A DNA stretch of 64,000 bases from Acidimicrobiales bacterium (GCA_965237375.1 CBDEFI010000001.1:448509-512508); one strand, 5' to 3'; shown: positions 8,696 through 18,188, numbered from the stretch's first letter. Program-made: numbers and translations. The notes: generated from the sequence alone by a model not told the origin.

Positions 8696-10272
8696 ACTCT
8701 CCCCCGCAGCGCGTCCATCCCAGCGGTGTCGCCCGGCGCAGGGGCCGCACCGCCGCTCATCCCGGCGACGGCCTCGGCCAGCGACCCGATGTCGCCATGG
8801 TCGGCCACATCCAGTTCTCCGGTGATCCTGCCGTGCGCCATCACCACCGCCCGGTCAGCCAACTCGAACACCTCCGGAATCTCCGTGCAGTAGGCCAGAA
8901 TGGCCCCGCCGTGATCCAGGAAGGTACGGAGGATACGGTAGATCTCCACCTTGCTCCCCACGTCCACCCCGCGCGTCGGTTCCTCGAGGAGCAGAACGTC
9001 CGGGCGTTCGGCGAGCGCCGAGGCGATGGCGACCTTCTGCTGGTTCCCGCCGCTCAGATCGCCGATGGGCTGGGCCACCGAGGCCGCCCGCACACGGAAC
9101 TCCTGCCTGTACCGCTCGCCGAGGCGCGCCATCGTCCGGCGCTTCAGCAGGCCGCCGGCGCCGGCGATACGCCCCCTGCCCAGGCGGGCGACCAGACTCC
9201 GGCCCACGTCGAAATCACCGAAGAGGCTCTCGCCCCGATCAGCGGGGAGGTAGCTGGTGGGCTGGGAAGCCCCCCGGGGCAGGGACGACTCGCCGGTCAC
9301 CTCCTCCAGTCCGGCCAGGGAGCGGACCAGTTCCCGGCCCCCCGATCCCTCCACGCCCACCACGGCAACGATCTCCCGGACGCGCACCGTCAGCTCCCCG
9401 ACCTGGAAGGATCCGCCGTCGTGGCGCCACCCCCTGACGGTCAGGGCCGGTCCGTCCCCCGGACCCCCGGCCCTTGACCGTCGCGAGACCGACCCCGGCG
9501 CCTGCACCGCCTCCCCCATCACCATCTCGCGGGCCAGCCGTTCCTCGCTGAGGGCCTCCCCGGCCAGATCGGCGCCGACCCTGCCGTCGCGCACGACGAT
9601 GACGCGGTCGGCCACGTGGGCAAGTTCGTTCAGCCGGTGGGACACCAGGATCACGATGTTCCCCGCGTCGCTCAACGCCCGCATCTGGGAGAACAACTCG
9701 GCCGACTCCTCCTCGGTCAGCGCCGAGTTGGGCTCGTCGAACAGAAAGATCTGCGCGTCGACCGCATGAGCCAGGGCGCGGGCGATCTCCGTGAACTGCC
9801 GCACGACGAGGGAACACTCCCCCAACTCCCGGTCGGCGTCGTGGGTGATCCCGAGGCTGCGGAGGATGTCGTAGTGGACAGGTCCGGGAACGGGGCGGCG
9901 TGCGAGACCATTCCCTCGCCTGCCGACGAGCAGGTTCTCCGCCACCGTGAGGTCGGGGAACAGCATGGCCTCCTGGTGCACCACCGGCACACGCGCCTCG
10001 GTGCGCGCCGGGGACCACGGAACGCCGCCCAGCATCATCTCCCCGGAGTCGGGCTCCTCCTCGCCGGAGATCATCCGCACCAGCGTGCTCTTGCCCGCCC
10101 CGTTGGGGCCGGCCACTCCCAGGAACTCCCCGCCGCTGATGTCGAGCGTGACGCCGGCGAGTGCCCGTGTGGGACCGTAGGCCTTCTGTAGGTCGCGCAC
10201 CGTGAGGCGCAGCCCCGACTCGGGGTGTTCCGCATGGGAAGCTTCCGCGCGGGGACGCTCCGCAACCGTCAT
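8692..10272 (-). CDS. ABC transporter ATP-binding protein, tandem-ATPase (CUT2 sugar-type)
   Basis: The real start is MTVAERP.. inside the 857-aa track ORF, with an ATGA overlap on the permease stop. First Walker A is GPNGAGKST; the second NBD carries LSGGNQQKV. The upstream 331 codons of the track ORF overlap the permease gene out of frame. Confidence 0.85.
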   Translation of the reverse strand: MTVAERPRAEASHAEHPESGLRLTVRDLQKAYGPTRALAGVTLDISGGEFLGVAGPNGAGKSTLVRMISGEEEPDSGEMMLGGVPWSPARTEARVPVVHQEAMLFPDLTVAENLLVGRRGNGLARRPVPGPVHYDILRSLGITHDADRELGECSLVVRQFTEIARALAHAVDAQIFLFDEPNSALTEEESAELFSQMRALSDAGNIVILVSHRLNELAHVADRVIVVRDGRVGADLAGEALSEERLAREMVMGEAVQAPGSVSRRSRAGGPGDGPALTVRGWRHDGGSFQVGELTVRVREIVAVVGVEGSGGRELVRSLAGLEEVTGESSLPRGASQPTSYLPADRGESLFGDFDVGRSLVARLGRGRIAGAGGLLKRRTMARLGERYRQEFRVRAASVAQPIGDLSGGNQQKVAIASALAERPDVLLLEEPTRGVDVGSKVEIYRILRTFLDHGGAILAYCTEIPEVFELADRAVVMAHGRITGELDVADHGDIGSLAEAVAGMSGGAAPAPGDTAGMDALRGRV

Positions 10273-11345
10273 GGCGCCTGACCGGGCCGGGCCCGCTTGC
10301 GGTAGGTGAAGCGGTCGAGCATCACCGCGCCGATCGTGGCAGTGCCGATGAAGATGGACTTGGCGAAGGCGCCCACGCCGATGATCGACAGCCCGTTGCT
10401 GAGCACCGACAACAGCAGGGCCCCCACGAGCGTCCCGAAGATCGTGGCCCTGCCTCCCGTGAGGGTGGCCCCACCCACGATCACCGCAGCGAACACCGGG
10501 AAGAGCAGCGAACGCCCGGCGCTCGGGTCGGTCGAGCCGAGGAACGAGAAGTCCAGGATCCCGGCAACGGCGGCCATGGCGCCGCCCAGCATGAAGACGA
10601 TGAACTTGTGCCGCGTGATCGAGAGCCGGGCGGCTCTGGCGGCGGGGGTGTTGCTGCCGATGGCAGCCAGCCGGAAGCCGAACAGGGTCCGGTGCAGGAG
10701 CACCCAGAAGACGACCCCCAGCCCTGCCAGCCAGACCACCTGCACGGGAACGGCCAGCGGGAGCTTGGTCGCACCCAGCGCCCGGAACATGTCCCATTCC
10801 GCCGCTGGGACCGGCGGCTCCGCGTACTTCGGATTGATGCCGCGCGCGCCGGAGATGAGCAGGGTCACCCCCTCGACGGCGTTCAGCATGCCCAGGGTGA
10901 CGATGAACGACGGGATGCCCGCCCAGGTCGTGAGAGCGGCGTTCAGGAAGCCGACGAACACACCCGCGCCGAGCCCGACGAGCAGGGCCGGGACGACGTG
11001 CACGCCGTCGACCCATATCGTGCCGGCGAGCATGGCGCTGAGGCCGTAGATCGCCCCGATCGAGAGATCCAACTCGCCCACGATGATCACGAGCGTGAGC
11101 CCGAGCGCCAACAGCCCAAGCGAACTCATCGCCCGCACCATGCCGAGCATGTTGCGCACGGTGAGGAAGTTGGGGTTGACGATGGAGAAGCTCATCCCCA
11201 CCAGGAAGATGGCGATGAGCAGGCCGATGACGCGCGGGTTCCGCACGGGCAACGCTGCTCGCCACGTCCCTCCCGTGCCGGTGGGCGCGGACATGGTGCC
11301 GTCGTCCGGGTGCAGGCTGTTCACGCTGCTTCGCTCAGATGCCAT
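10269..11345 (-). CDS. ABC transporter permease (RbsC/AraH-like)
   Basis: Multi-pass hydrophobic protein, e.g. GELDLSIGAIYGLSAMLAG. Sits between the binding-protein and ATPase genes. The start may be the internal Met 17 codons downstream. Confidence 0.8.
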   Translation of the reverse strand: MASERSSVNSLHPDDGTMSAPTGTGGTWRAALPVRNPRVIGLLIAIFLVGMSFSIVNPNFLTVRNMLGMVRAMSSLGLLALGLTLVIIVGELDLSIGAIYGLSAMLAGTIWVDGVHVVPALLVGLGAGVFVGFLNAALTTWAGIPSFIVTLGMLNAVEGVTLLISGARGINPKYAEPPVPAAEWDMFRALGATKLPLAVPVQVVWLAGLGVVFWVLLHRTLFGFRLAAIGSNTPAARAARLSITRHKFIVFMLGGAMAAVAGILDFSFLGSTDPSAGRSLLFPVFAAVIVGGATLTGGRATIFGTLVGALLLSVLSNGLSIIGVGAFAKSIFIGTATIGAVMLDRFTYRKRARPGQAP

Positions 11346-11440
11346 CGCTGGAGGCCGTGGGGTGGGGCGCTACCGCAACGTTCTGTCGCGGGAGGAGGGG
11401 CACCGATGCCGGTGCCCCTCCTCGATTCCCCACGTGCTGC

Positions 11441-12655
11441 CTACTGGTTTTCCGACTCGCTCCAGTCGACGGCGTCGACGTTGTCCTGAGTTGCCGCAAG
11501 GGGATCCAGAATCACGTGACCCGTCTCGAACTCCCCCTTGAACAGGAAGTCACCACACGCGTTGGCGCCGTTGTACGCCTGGTTCGAGAAGCCCTGGACC
11601 ATCGTCACCACGACCACGCCCTCGCGGATGAAGTCCGCAATGGCCGGGTTCATGTTGAATCCCGAGGTGTACATGTCGCCCCCGAGACCCTGGTCGGCGA
11701 TGACCTTCGCCACGAACTCCACGCCCTGGTCGGTGTGGAAGACGATGTCCACGTCCGGGTGGCCCAGAATCCACGCCTCCGAGGCGGCGTACTGCAGCGG
11801 CGGATCCCAGCCCTGCGACTCGATGTCCGTGTTGGGTCCGTTCACGAACTCGATGTCGGGCAGAACCGCCGTTATCCCCGCCATGAAGCCCTTCATCCGG
11901 TTCTGCGCCCAGGGACCTTCCACCGAGCCCGTTAGCAGTCCGGCCTTCTCAAGCGCGATGCCGTTGTCGGCGGCCCATTCGCCGGTGAGTGTCCCGGCCA
12001 GCGTGCCCGCCGAGAGTTCGTCGAGCGCATAGAACGCGAAACGCTTGGAGTCCGGGCTGTCGGCGTTGACGCCGAACACGGGAATGCCGGCGTCAACCGC
12101 CTTGGCGATAACGTCCACGTACGGACCGGGCTCGTGCGCCTCGAAGGCCAGGCAGTCGATCTGGCCGGCATCTATGAGCGAGTCGATCTCCGCAACCTGT
12201 GCGGGGATGTCTGTCTGGAGCGGTCCGATCACCCGCGCGCTGATGTCTACCCCGTGCTCTGCGGAGATCTCGCCGGCGCCGCGACTCCATCCGTCGTCCA
12301 TGGCCGCGCCGAAGATGGGGATGGCCGTCCCCTCGATGGAGAGAACGAAGTTGAACTCACCGTCGTTGGCGATCTTGTCGGCGATGCTGTCCGCCAGGGT
12401 AAAGCTGCCCCACGGCAACTCGGCGGTGTGCGGCGGACCCGATGGCATCTCGTCCATCGGCTCCGGTTCGGGTTCCGGCGGTGGTGGTGGCGGCGGCTCC
12501 GGCTCCGGCGGAGGAGGAGGCGCCGGGGCCTCCGGCTGCGGCGCCGCCTGCGCCGGAGCCGCCTCCTCGTCGTCCCCGCCGCAGGCGGCGGCGACGAGAG
12601 CGAGCGCACTGAGCACCGCTATCGCGGTCAACGTTCTGACGTGTCTGATCTTCAT
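11441..12655 (-). CDS. ABC transporter substrate-binding lipoprotein (periplasmic-binding-protein type I, sugar-like) with Pro/Glu-rich tether
   Basis: Track ORF starts at 12703. I prefer ATG 12655 (MKIRHVRTLTAIAVLSALALVAAAC|GG, a signal peptide plus lipobox preceded by a G-rich SD). A PPPPEPEPPPPPPPEPEPEP linker is followed by the binding-protein body. Confidence 0.75.
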   Translation of the reverse strand: MKIRHVRTLTAIAVLSALALVAAACGGDDEEAAPAQAAPQPEAPAPPPPPEPEPPPPPPPEPEPEPMDEMPSGPPHTAELPWGSFTLADSIADKIANDGEFNFVLSIEGTAIPIFGAAMDDGWSRGAGEISAEHGVDISARVIGPLQTDIPAQVAEIDSLIDAGQIDCLAFEAHEPGPYVDVIAKAVDAGIPVFGVNADSPDSKRFAFYALDELSAGTLAGTLTGEWAADNGIALEKAGLLTGSVEGPWAQNRMKGFMAGITAVLPDIEFVNGPNTDIESQGWDPPLQYAASEAWILGHPDVDIVFHTDQGVEFVAKVIADQGLGGDMYTSGFNMNPAIADFIREGVVVVTMVQGFSNQAYNGANACGDFLFKGEFETGHVILDPLAATQDNVDAVDWSESENQ

Positions 12656-12702
12656 GGGATTCCCCCCCAAGGTGTTTCCCCTCGCGTCAAGCGCCAGACT
12701 CA

Positions 12703-12717
12703 TTCACATATAGTGAA
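12703..12717. promoter_or_regulatory. inverted repeat TTCAC-N5-GTGAA with an AT core, 48 nt upstream of the binding-protein start
   Basis: TTCACATATAGTGAA read directly. The central TATAT could double as a -10 element on the minus strand. Confidence 0.35.
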
Positions 12718-12842
12718 CAACCCGCGCCTATCGAGGTCCTGAGCGCAAACTAACACCGTCGCCCGACGTGCGCCGCCCGCGCCCGGACGCCGATGGTGCC
12801 GGGATGCGGGAGGTCCGGAGTGTGGGACGTCCGGTCCGTGGA

Positions 12843-13676
12843 TCACCCGTCTGTCTTGGGCGGGATCGCCGCGACGCAGGCCAGCCCGCCGTCGACCGAC
12901 AGGATCGTGCCGCTCACGAACGAGGCGTCATCCGAGCACAGGAATGACACCACTGCCGCCACCTCCTCGGGAGTCCCCACCCGGCCGAGCGGGTGCGCCT
13001 TCCCCAGGGCCTCTTGACGCGCCGGCTTGTGCGACGTCTTGAACATGTCGGTGCGGATATAGCCCGGTGCGATGGCGTTGACCCGTATCCCGGCCGACCC
13101 CAGCTCGACGGCGAGGCCACGGGTGAGGTGGTTGACCGCCCCCTTGGATGCCAGGTAGCTGACGATGGTGGGCGTGGCGAGCAGGCTCAAGATCGAGCTC
13201 ACGTTCACCACCGAGGCGTTGATGGCCGCAGCGGCCCGCAACGCCGGCTCGAGAGCGCGCACCATCTCGAAGGTGGCCCGCACGTTCACCTCCATAACGT
13301 CGTCCCAGTCGGCGCCGTCGAAGTCCCTGACGGCGCCGATGCGCACGATGCCGGCATTGTTCACGAGCGCGTGGATGGCGGGATGGTCCTCCATCAGTCG
13401 ACCACAGACGGCCGCCAGCTGCCCGCGGTCGGTGAGATCGCAGACGACGACCTCCGCCTCACCTCCCGCGGCACGGATCCGATCGCAGAGATCGGTGAGC
13501 AGATCCTCTCTCGTCGCCATCAGCGACACACCGAACCCGTCGGCTGCCAGGCGGCGCGCCACCGCGGCGCCTATCCCCCGACTCGCCCCCGTAACAACCG
13601 CCCAACGTTGCCCGTTCTCCACAGCACCCCTCCCCGGTGAAAGTTCCTGCCGGGCGAGCGTACCCTCCCCCACCAT
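12843..13676 (-). CDS. SDR-family oxidoreductase
   Basis: Motifs VVTGASRGIGAAVARRLA (TGxxxGIG), NNAG and YLASKGAV (YxxxK). The start is uncertain: the track ORF begins at TTG 13781 and I chose the first ATG. Confidence 0.75.
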   Translation of the reverse strand: MVGEGTLARQELSPGRGAVENGQRWAVVTGASRGIGAAVARRLAADGFGVSLMATREDLLTDLCDRIRAAGGEAEVVVCDLTDRGQLAAVCGRLMEDHPAIHALVNNAGIVRIGAVRDFDGADWDDVMEVNVRATFEMVRALEPALRAAAAINASVVNVSSILSLLATPTIVSYLASKGAVNHLTRGLAVELGSAGIRVNAIAPGYIRTDMFKTSHKPARQEALGKAHPLGRVGTPEEVAAVVSFLCSDDASFVSGTILSVDGGLACVAAIPPKTDG

Positions 13677-13753
13677 CGTCGTTCCGGCGAGGTCAGGTTC
13701 CGGACTCCACCGTCCGGCATCCCGACCTGTGCCGCGCCCGGTACTGGTCCGGC

Positions 13754-13870
13754 GAAACTTCGGGACACTCCGACTTTCCAAACTTTCGGAATATTTCGAC
13801 TTTCTGTGGGCATGACCTTGCAGGATTCGTAAAAATCGGTATTATTTTCCCATCGCAGAAGCTGTTGACA
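13754..13870. promoter_or_regulatory. AT-rich divergent control region (SDR <-> RamB-like regulator) with repeated ACTTTC/AACTTTCGG motifs and a TTGACA hexamer
   Basis: GAAACTTCGGGA (13754-13765). ACTTTC at 13773, 13782 and 13799. Imperfect palindrome TCGGAATATTTCGA (13786-13799). TTGACA at 13865-13870. Confidence 0.4.
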
Positions 13871-13917
13871 CCCTGATCTTCGGTCACCGGCTTCGGCACG
13901 AACGGCGGAGGCGAGGG

Positions 13918-15330
13918 TTGACGCTCGCCGACTTGGGCGATCTCGTCGGCCGCCCCGCCCCCTACCTGTCGCAGTTGGAGAACGGCCGGATCGAGCCGCG
14001 GCTGTCGCTGCTGGGCGACCTGGCGGTGGCTCTGGGGTGCACCGTGGGCGACCTGCTGGAAACCGAACCGCCTACGCGGCGGGCGCAGTTGGAGGTGCGC
14101 TTCGCCCGGATCCAGCAAGCCGATTCCTACCGGGAGTTGCACCTACCGGAGTTGAAGGCGACCGCCCGCCTGCCCGACGCCGCCTTGGAGCACCTCGTGG
14201 CGCTGCACGATGCCTGGCGTCACAACGCCGAGGCCGCCGGCGCGGGCGCGGTGGCCGATCCCGTGCGCCGGGCCAACACCGTGCTCCGCGCCCAGATGCG
14301 CGCCCGCGACAACTACTACGGCGAGATCGAGGAAGTGGCGACAGCGGCGCTGCAGGCGGTCTCCTACGCGGGAGGCGGACCGATCTCCGAGCGCACGCTG
14401 ATGGACCTTGCCGCCCACTTCGGCTACGGCATCGACCGGGTGCGGGACATCCCCCGCTCGACCCGCTCGGTCACCGACCTGCGGCAGCAAATCGTCTACA
14501 TCCCCCAGCGCGACGAGATGCCGACACGGGCCGCCCGGTCGGTCGTCCTTTCCACCCTCGGCCACTTCGCCCTGGACCACTCCGAACCGGTCACCATCGA
14601 GGACTACCTGCGTCAGCGGGTGGAGTCCAACTACTTCGCCGCGGCGGTGCTGGCACCCGAGATCCCGGCCGTTGCCCTACTGCGGGAGGCCTCGGCAACG
14701 GGCCATATAGCCGTAGAGGACCTCAAGGACGTGTTCTACGTGTCCTACGAGATGGCCGCCCACCGGATCACCAACCTCGCCACCCGCCACCTCGACATCC
14801 CCATGCACTTCATGCGCGCCGATGAGGAGGGCCTCATCTCCAAGGCCTACGAGAACGACAACGTGCCCTTCCCCACCGCCGCCGACGGCAGCCTCGAGGG
14901 TGTACGGGTGCCGTCATCCTGGGCGCCCCGCCAGGTGTTCCACTCCGAGGACACCTATTCCACACACGCGCAGTACACCGACACGATCCACGGCGGCTTC
15001 TTCTGCGTCACTCAAGTGGACACCACCCGTGATCTCGGCCACACCGTGACCGTGGGCACGACCGAGGCGCACGCCCACCGTTTCCGGGGCAGCGAGACAA
15101 CCAGGCGCTTCACCGTCGCCGGAGAACCCGACGACGAGACCCGCTACGGAGACGCTGACACGCAGCAAGCCGGGCAGGTCTGGGCCTCTGCACGCGACCG
15201 TGACTTCGTACTCGGCCCCCTGGAAGCTCCCGACGGGGCTCTGGCACCCTCACCGGGCGTGGCTATGACCGAGGTGCATGCCTTTCTGGAGCGCCACAGG
15301 AAGAACAGCGGTGGTTCCCGGCCTGCCTAG
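13918..15330 (+). CDS. XRE-HTH + ImmA/IrrE-like (DUF955) + C-terminal domain regulator, RamB/PrpR (short-chain acyl-CoA regulator) family-like
   Basis: The HTH is LTLADLGDLVGRPAPYLSQLENGRIEPRLSLLGDLAVALG, and length (~470 aa) and layout resemble RamB/PrpR. The frame is open upstream to 13816 and encodes LIFGHRLRHERRRRG, which looks like the usual HTH lead-in. The true start may therefore be non-canonical (CTG 13873). Confidence 0.75.
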   Translation: MTLADLGDLVGRPAPYLSQLENGRIEPRLSLLGDLAVALGCTVGDLLETEPPTRRAQLEVRFARIQQADSYRELHLPELKATARLPDAALEHLVALHDAWRHNAEAAGAGAVADPVRRANTVLRAQMRARDNYYGEIEEVATAALQAVSYAGGGPISERTLMDLAAHFGYGIDRVRDIPRSTRSVTDLRQQIVYIPQRDEMPTRAARSVVLSTLGHFALDHSEPVTIEDYLRQRVESNYFAAAVLAPEIPAVALLREASATGHIAVEDLKDVFYVSYEMAAHRITNLATRHLDIPMHFMRADEEGLISKAYENDNVPFPTAADGSLEGVRVPSSWAPRQVFHSEDTYSTHAQYTDTIHGGFFCVTQVDTTRDLGHTVTVGTTEAHAHRFRGSETTRRFTVAGEPDDETRYGDADTQQAGQVWASARDRDFVLGPLEAPDGALAPSPGVAMTEVHAFLERHRKNSGGSRPA

Positions 15331-16859
15331 AGGCCGAACTCGTCGTTCAGCGGCGAGTCGACGACCATGATCTCCCGCAGGAAGTTCGGCGGTGCGGTGG
15401 CGTCGAAGGCGAAGATCCGCACAGCACTGGTGGGCCGGCGATTCTCGGGAAGGCCGTAGATGTAGTTCTCCGCGACGAGCCCTTCCAGATCCACCTCACC
15501 GAGTTGTGCCATCGCCGCCCGGATACCTTCGCGGCTGAAGTCGCCCAGTTCGGCGGCCTTCTCCAGCAGAGCATGCACGGCGACGGTCTGGTAGTAACCC
15601 GAGAGTAGGAACGTGGACAGGTTCCCCGTGCCGTAGGCCTCGAAGCGCTCCAGGAACTTGGCCATCCCGGGGACCGACGTGTCGTTCAGGTTGGGGGCGT
15701 CGAGGGCCACGTAGAAGTTGGTGTAGAGGTCGGGGAGTCCGGCCGCGAACAGGTTGAGGTACGCCGGCAGCAGCCCCAGCCAGACCGGATCGAAGCCCTG
15801 CCCGTTGGCTTCGGCCAGCATGGCGTTCTGCTCGGTGGGAACCGTGATGGCGAAGACCACCGTGCAGCCCGCGCCGGCAAACGCCGACACCTGGGCGGTG
15901 AACGCCCGGTCACCACGGTTGATGGTCTTGGTCTCCGTCAGCGTCACACCCAGGCGGTCGATCGCGAACTCCAGGCCGCGCAGCGAGTCCCGGCCGTACT
16001 TGTCGTTGACGTAGACCGCGCAGTACACGTCGTCGGCGCTCGCCATACCCGAGAGGTTCACGTACCACTCGGCCAGGTTGATGGCCTCGTACTCGTAGGC
16101 CGCGCCGTTGGGCAGCAGCAGAGGCTCGCGTGCCCATGCCCCCACCAGCGAGCCCGGGACCGCCACGACGCCGTCCTCTTTCAGGAACTCCAGAAGGGCC
16201 TGGGTGGGCGGCGTGGAGAGAACCTCGGCGAACATCACAACGTCGTCCTTGATGCGCTGGTACTCCTGGACGGTTTGGCCCTCGGAATCCTTGGTGTCGC
16301 CAACCACCAACTCCACCCGGTACCTGCCGGCGACGCCACCGGCGGTGTCGTTCAGCCAGTCCCAGTAGAGCTGCGAGCCGGCCAGCAGCGGCCCACCGAT
16401 GATGGCCAGGGAGCCGGACTGATCGGTCAGGTAGCCCAGCTTGAGCGTGCTGCCGTCGAAGCCTGTCGTGGATTGCGGTTCGGGCGGTGGACCGGGCGGC
16501 GGCGGAGGCGGCTCATCGGCGGGCGGCGGCGGGGCGGGATCGTCACCGGGCGGCGCCGGTGCAGGCTCGGGCGGTGGCGGAGTCGGCTCGTCACCCGACG
16601 GCTCAGGCGACGGCTCGGGCGGCGGCGGCACAGGCTCATCCCCCGGCGGCGCAGGCGGCGGATCGGCAGGTGGCGGCACAGGCTCGCCACCCGACGGCGC
16701 AGGCGGCGGATCGGACGGAGCGGCCGTGGTGCCGCCACCGTCGTCGCTGCCGCAGGCCGCCGCGAGCAGCGACACGGCGGCGATCAGCGCCACCCACCGG
16801 AACCTCGCTGCCCCCGGGGGCCTCAAGGTGGTTCTGCGTGTCGTGCGCTCTGGATTCAT
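15327..16859 (-). CDS. branched-chain-amino-acid-type ABC substrate-binding lipoprotein with ~100-aa Pro-rich tether
   Basis: ATG 16859 is preceded by AGGAGAGG. Lipobox LLAAAC|GS, a long P/E/D/A-rich linker, then a LivK-like body (LKLGYLTDQSGSLAIIGGPLLAGSQLY). Confidence 0.8.
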   Translation of the reverse strand: MNPERTTRRTTLRPPGAARFRWVALIAAVSLLAAACGSDDGGGTTAAPSDPPPAPSGGEPVPPPADPPPAPPGDEPVPPPPEPSPEPSGDEPTPPPPEPAPAPPGDDPAPPPPADEPPPPPPGPPPEPQSTTGFDGSTLKLGYLTDQSGSLAIIGGPLLAGSQLYWDWLNDTAGGVAGRYRVELVVGDTKDSEGQTVQEYQRIKDDVVMFAEVLSTPPTQALLEFLKEDGVVAVPGSLVGAWAREPLLLPNGAAYEYEAINLAEWYVNLSGMASADDVYCAVYVNDKYGRDSLRGLEFAIDRLGVTLTETKTINRGDRAFTAQVSAFAGAGCTVVFAITVPTEQNAMLAEANGQGFDPVWLGLLPAYLNLFAAGLPDLYTNFYVALDAPNLNDTSVPGMAKFLERFEAYGTGNLSTFLLSGYYQTVAVHALLEKAAELGDFSREGIRAAMAQLGEVDLEGLVAENYIYGLPENRRPTSAVRIFAFDATAPPNFLREIMVVDSPLNDEFGL

Positions 16860-17015
16860 GACCTCTCCTGACGCCAACGGGACGAAAGCTGTCCGCCGGT
16901 CATCGCATCCGGTCGGTTGTCCCGCCCGGAAAAGATCGGGACCGTCACCGACAAACCTGAGATGACCTCGCTATTCCCAAATCGGCCGTCACTCTACACG
17001 GCACCGGCAATCGCC

Positions 17016-18188
17016 CTACTGCGCCGCCCTGGCGGAGCGGCCCGCCAGGCGGGCACGCAGAGAGCGCACGAGGCCGGCGATCCCCTGGGGCTGGAACAGC
17101 AGCGCCAACACGAGCAGGAGCCCGAAGATCAACTCGCTGAAGGCGGACGTGCTGAACAGCGGCTCCGCGGCGACCGCGTCGGACACCAAGGGGCGCCCCA
17201 GGCCGGGCACGGTCACGTCCAGCACGCTCACGAACTCCTTCACCAACTCCGGCAGCGGCCCCAGCAGTAGCGCGCCGGCAATTGCGCCGTACACCGTTCC
17301 CATGCCGCCCACGATGATGATGGCCACGAAGCGGATCGACAGGAAAAGCTCGGCCAGCGGCTCGTTGGGCGTGATGAAGCGAAGGCCCACGGCATAGACC
17401 GCCCCCGCCATCGATGCCATGGCGCTGGAGATGGCGAAGGCGGCGATCTTGTAGCGGGCGTTGCTGACGCCGATGACTTCGGCCGCCAGGTCCCGGTCCC
17501 TGATGGCCTGCATGGCCCGGCCGGGGCGGGTCCGCACCAGGTTCCGCACGACGAGCGCGCTGAGCCCCACCAGGATCCACGACAGGTAGAACAGACCCTG
17601 CTGGCGGTCGAGGCGGTGCCCGAAGGCACTCATGTCGCCGAAGTCCAGCGGGCCGATGGCCAGGGGCGCCTTGTTGGTGGAGATCCCGTCGAAGCCACCG
17701 GTGAAGCTCTCCCAGTTGCGGGCGACGTGGGTAACCACGAAGATCAGGGCGAGGGTCACGACCACCAGGTAGTTGCCCTTGAAGCGCAGGGCGAACGGGC
17801 CCACCAGCGCCCCGATGACGGCGCCGACGGCGGCGGCCAGCAGCAGCCAGACCGGAAGCGGCCATCCACGCCCGGCGCCGAAGTAGGCCACCACGTAGCC
17901 GCCGACGGTCAGGAAGGCGGCGTGCCCCAGGGACACCTGCCCGGTGAAGCCGGTCAGCAGGCTGAGCCCCAGAGCCGCAACAGCGAAGGTGCCGGCGTTG
18001 CCCAGGACCGTGATCCAGAACGGGTCGTTCAGGAACAGCGGGCAGACGACCACGCCGGCCACCGCCAGCGCGGCGGCCACCCTGGCGCCACCCGATGGCA
18101 GGAGGGCGTTGACGCCCACCGCGCCGGGCCGTGCCGGGCGCTCCGCATCGGCTGACGGCAACATGCGGCGCAGGAAACCCTCGTTCAC
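17016..18188 (-). CDS. livM: branched-chain amino acid ABC permease (LivM-like)
   Basis: The real start GTG 18188 overlaps (GTGA) the LivH stop. Motif LGNAGTFAVAALGLSLLTGFTGQVSLGHAAF. The upstream 184 codons of the track ORF overlap livH out of frame. Confidence 0.85.
   Translation of the reverse strand: MNEGFLRRMLPSADAERPARPGAVGVNALLPSGGARVAAALAVAGVVVCPLFLNDPFWITVLGNAGTFAVAALGLSLLTGFTGQVSLGHAAFLTVGGYVVAYFGAGRGWPLPVWLLLAAAVGAVIGALVGPFALRFKGNYLVVVTLALIFVVTHVARNWESFTGGFDGISTNKAPLAIGPLDFGDMSAFGHRLDRQQGLFYLSWILVGLSALVVRNLVRTRPGRAMQAIRDRDLAAEVIGVSNARYKIAAFAISSAMASMAGAVYAVGLRFITPNEPLAELFLSIRFVAIIIVGGMGTVYGAIAGALLLGPLPELVKEFVSVLDVTVPGLGRPLVSDAVAAEPLFSTSAFSELIFGLLLVLALLFQPQGIAGLVRSLRARLAGRSARAAQ

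Noticed and set aside
8692-11265. 857-aa ORF read as a single protein
   Set aside because: Only the C-terminal 526 aa (from MTVAERP.., 10272) is an ABC ATPase. The upstream 331 codons overlap the permease gene in another frame and translate to Arg/Pro/His-rich noise.
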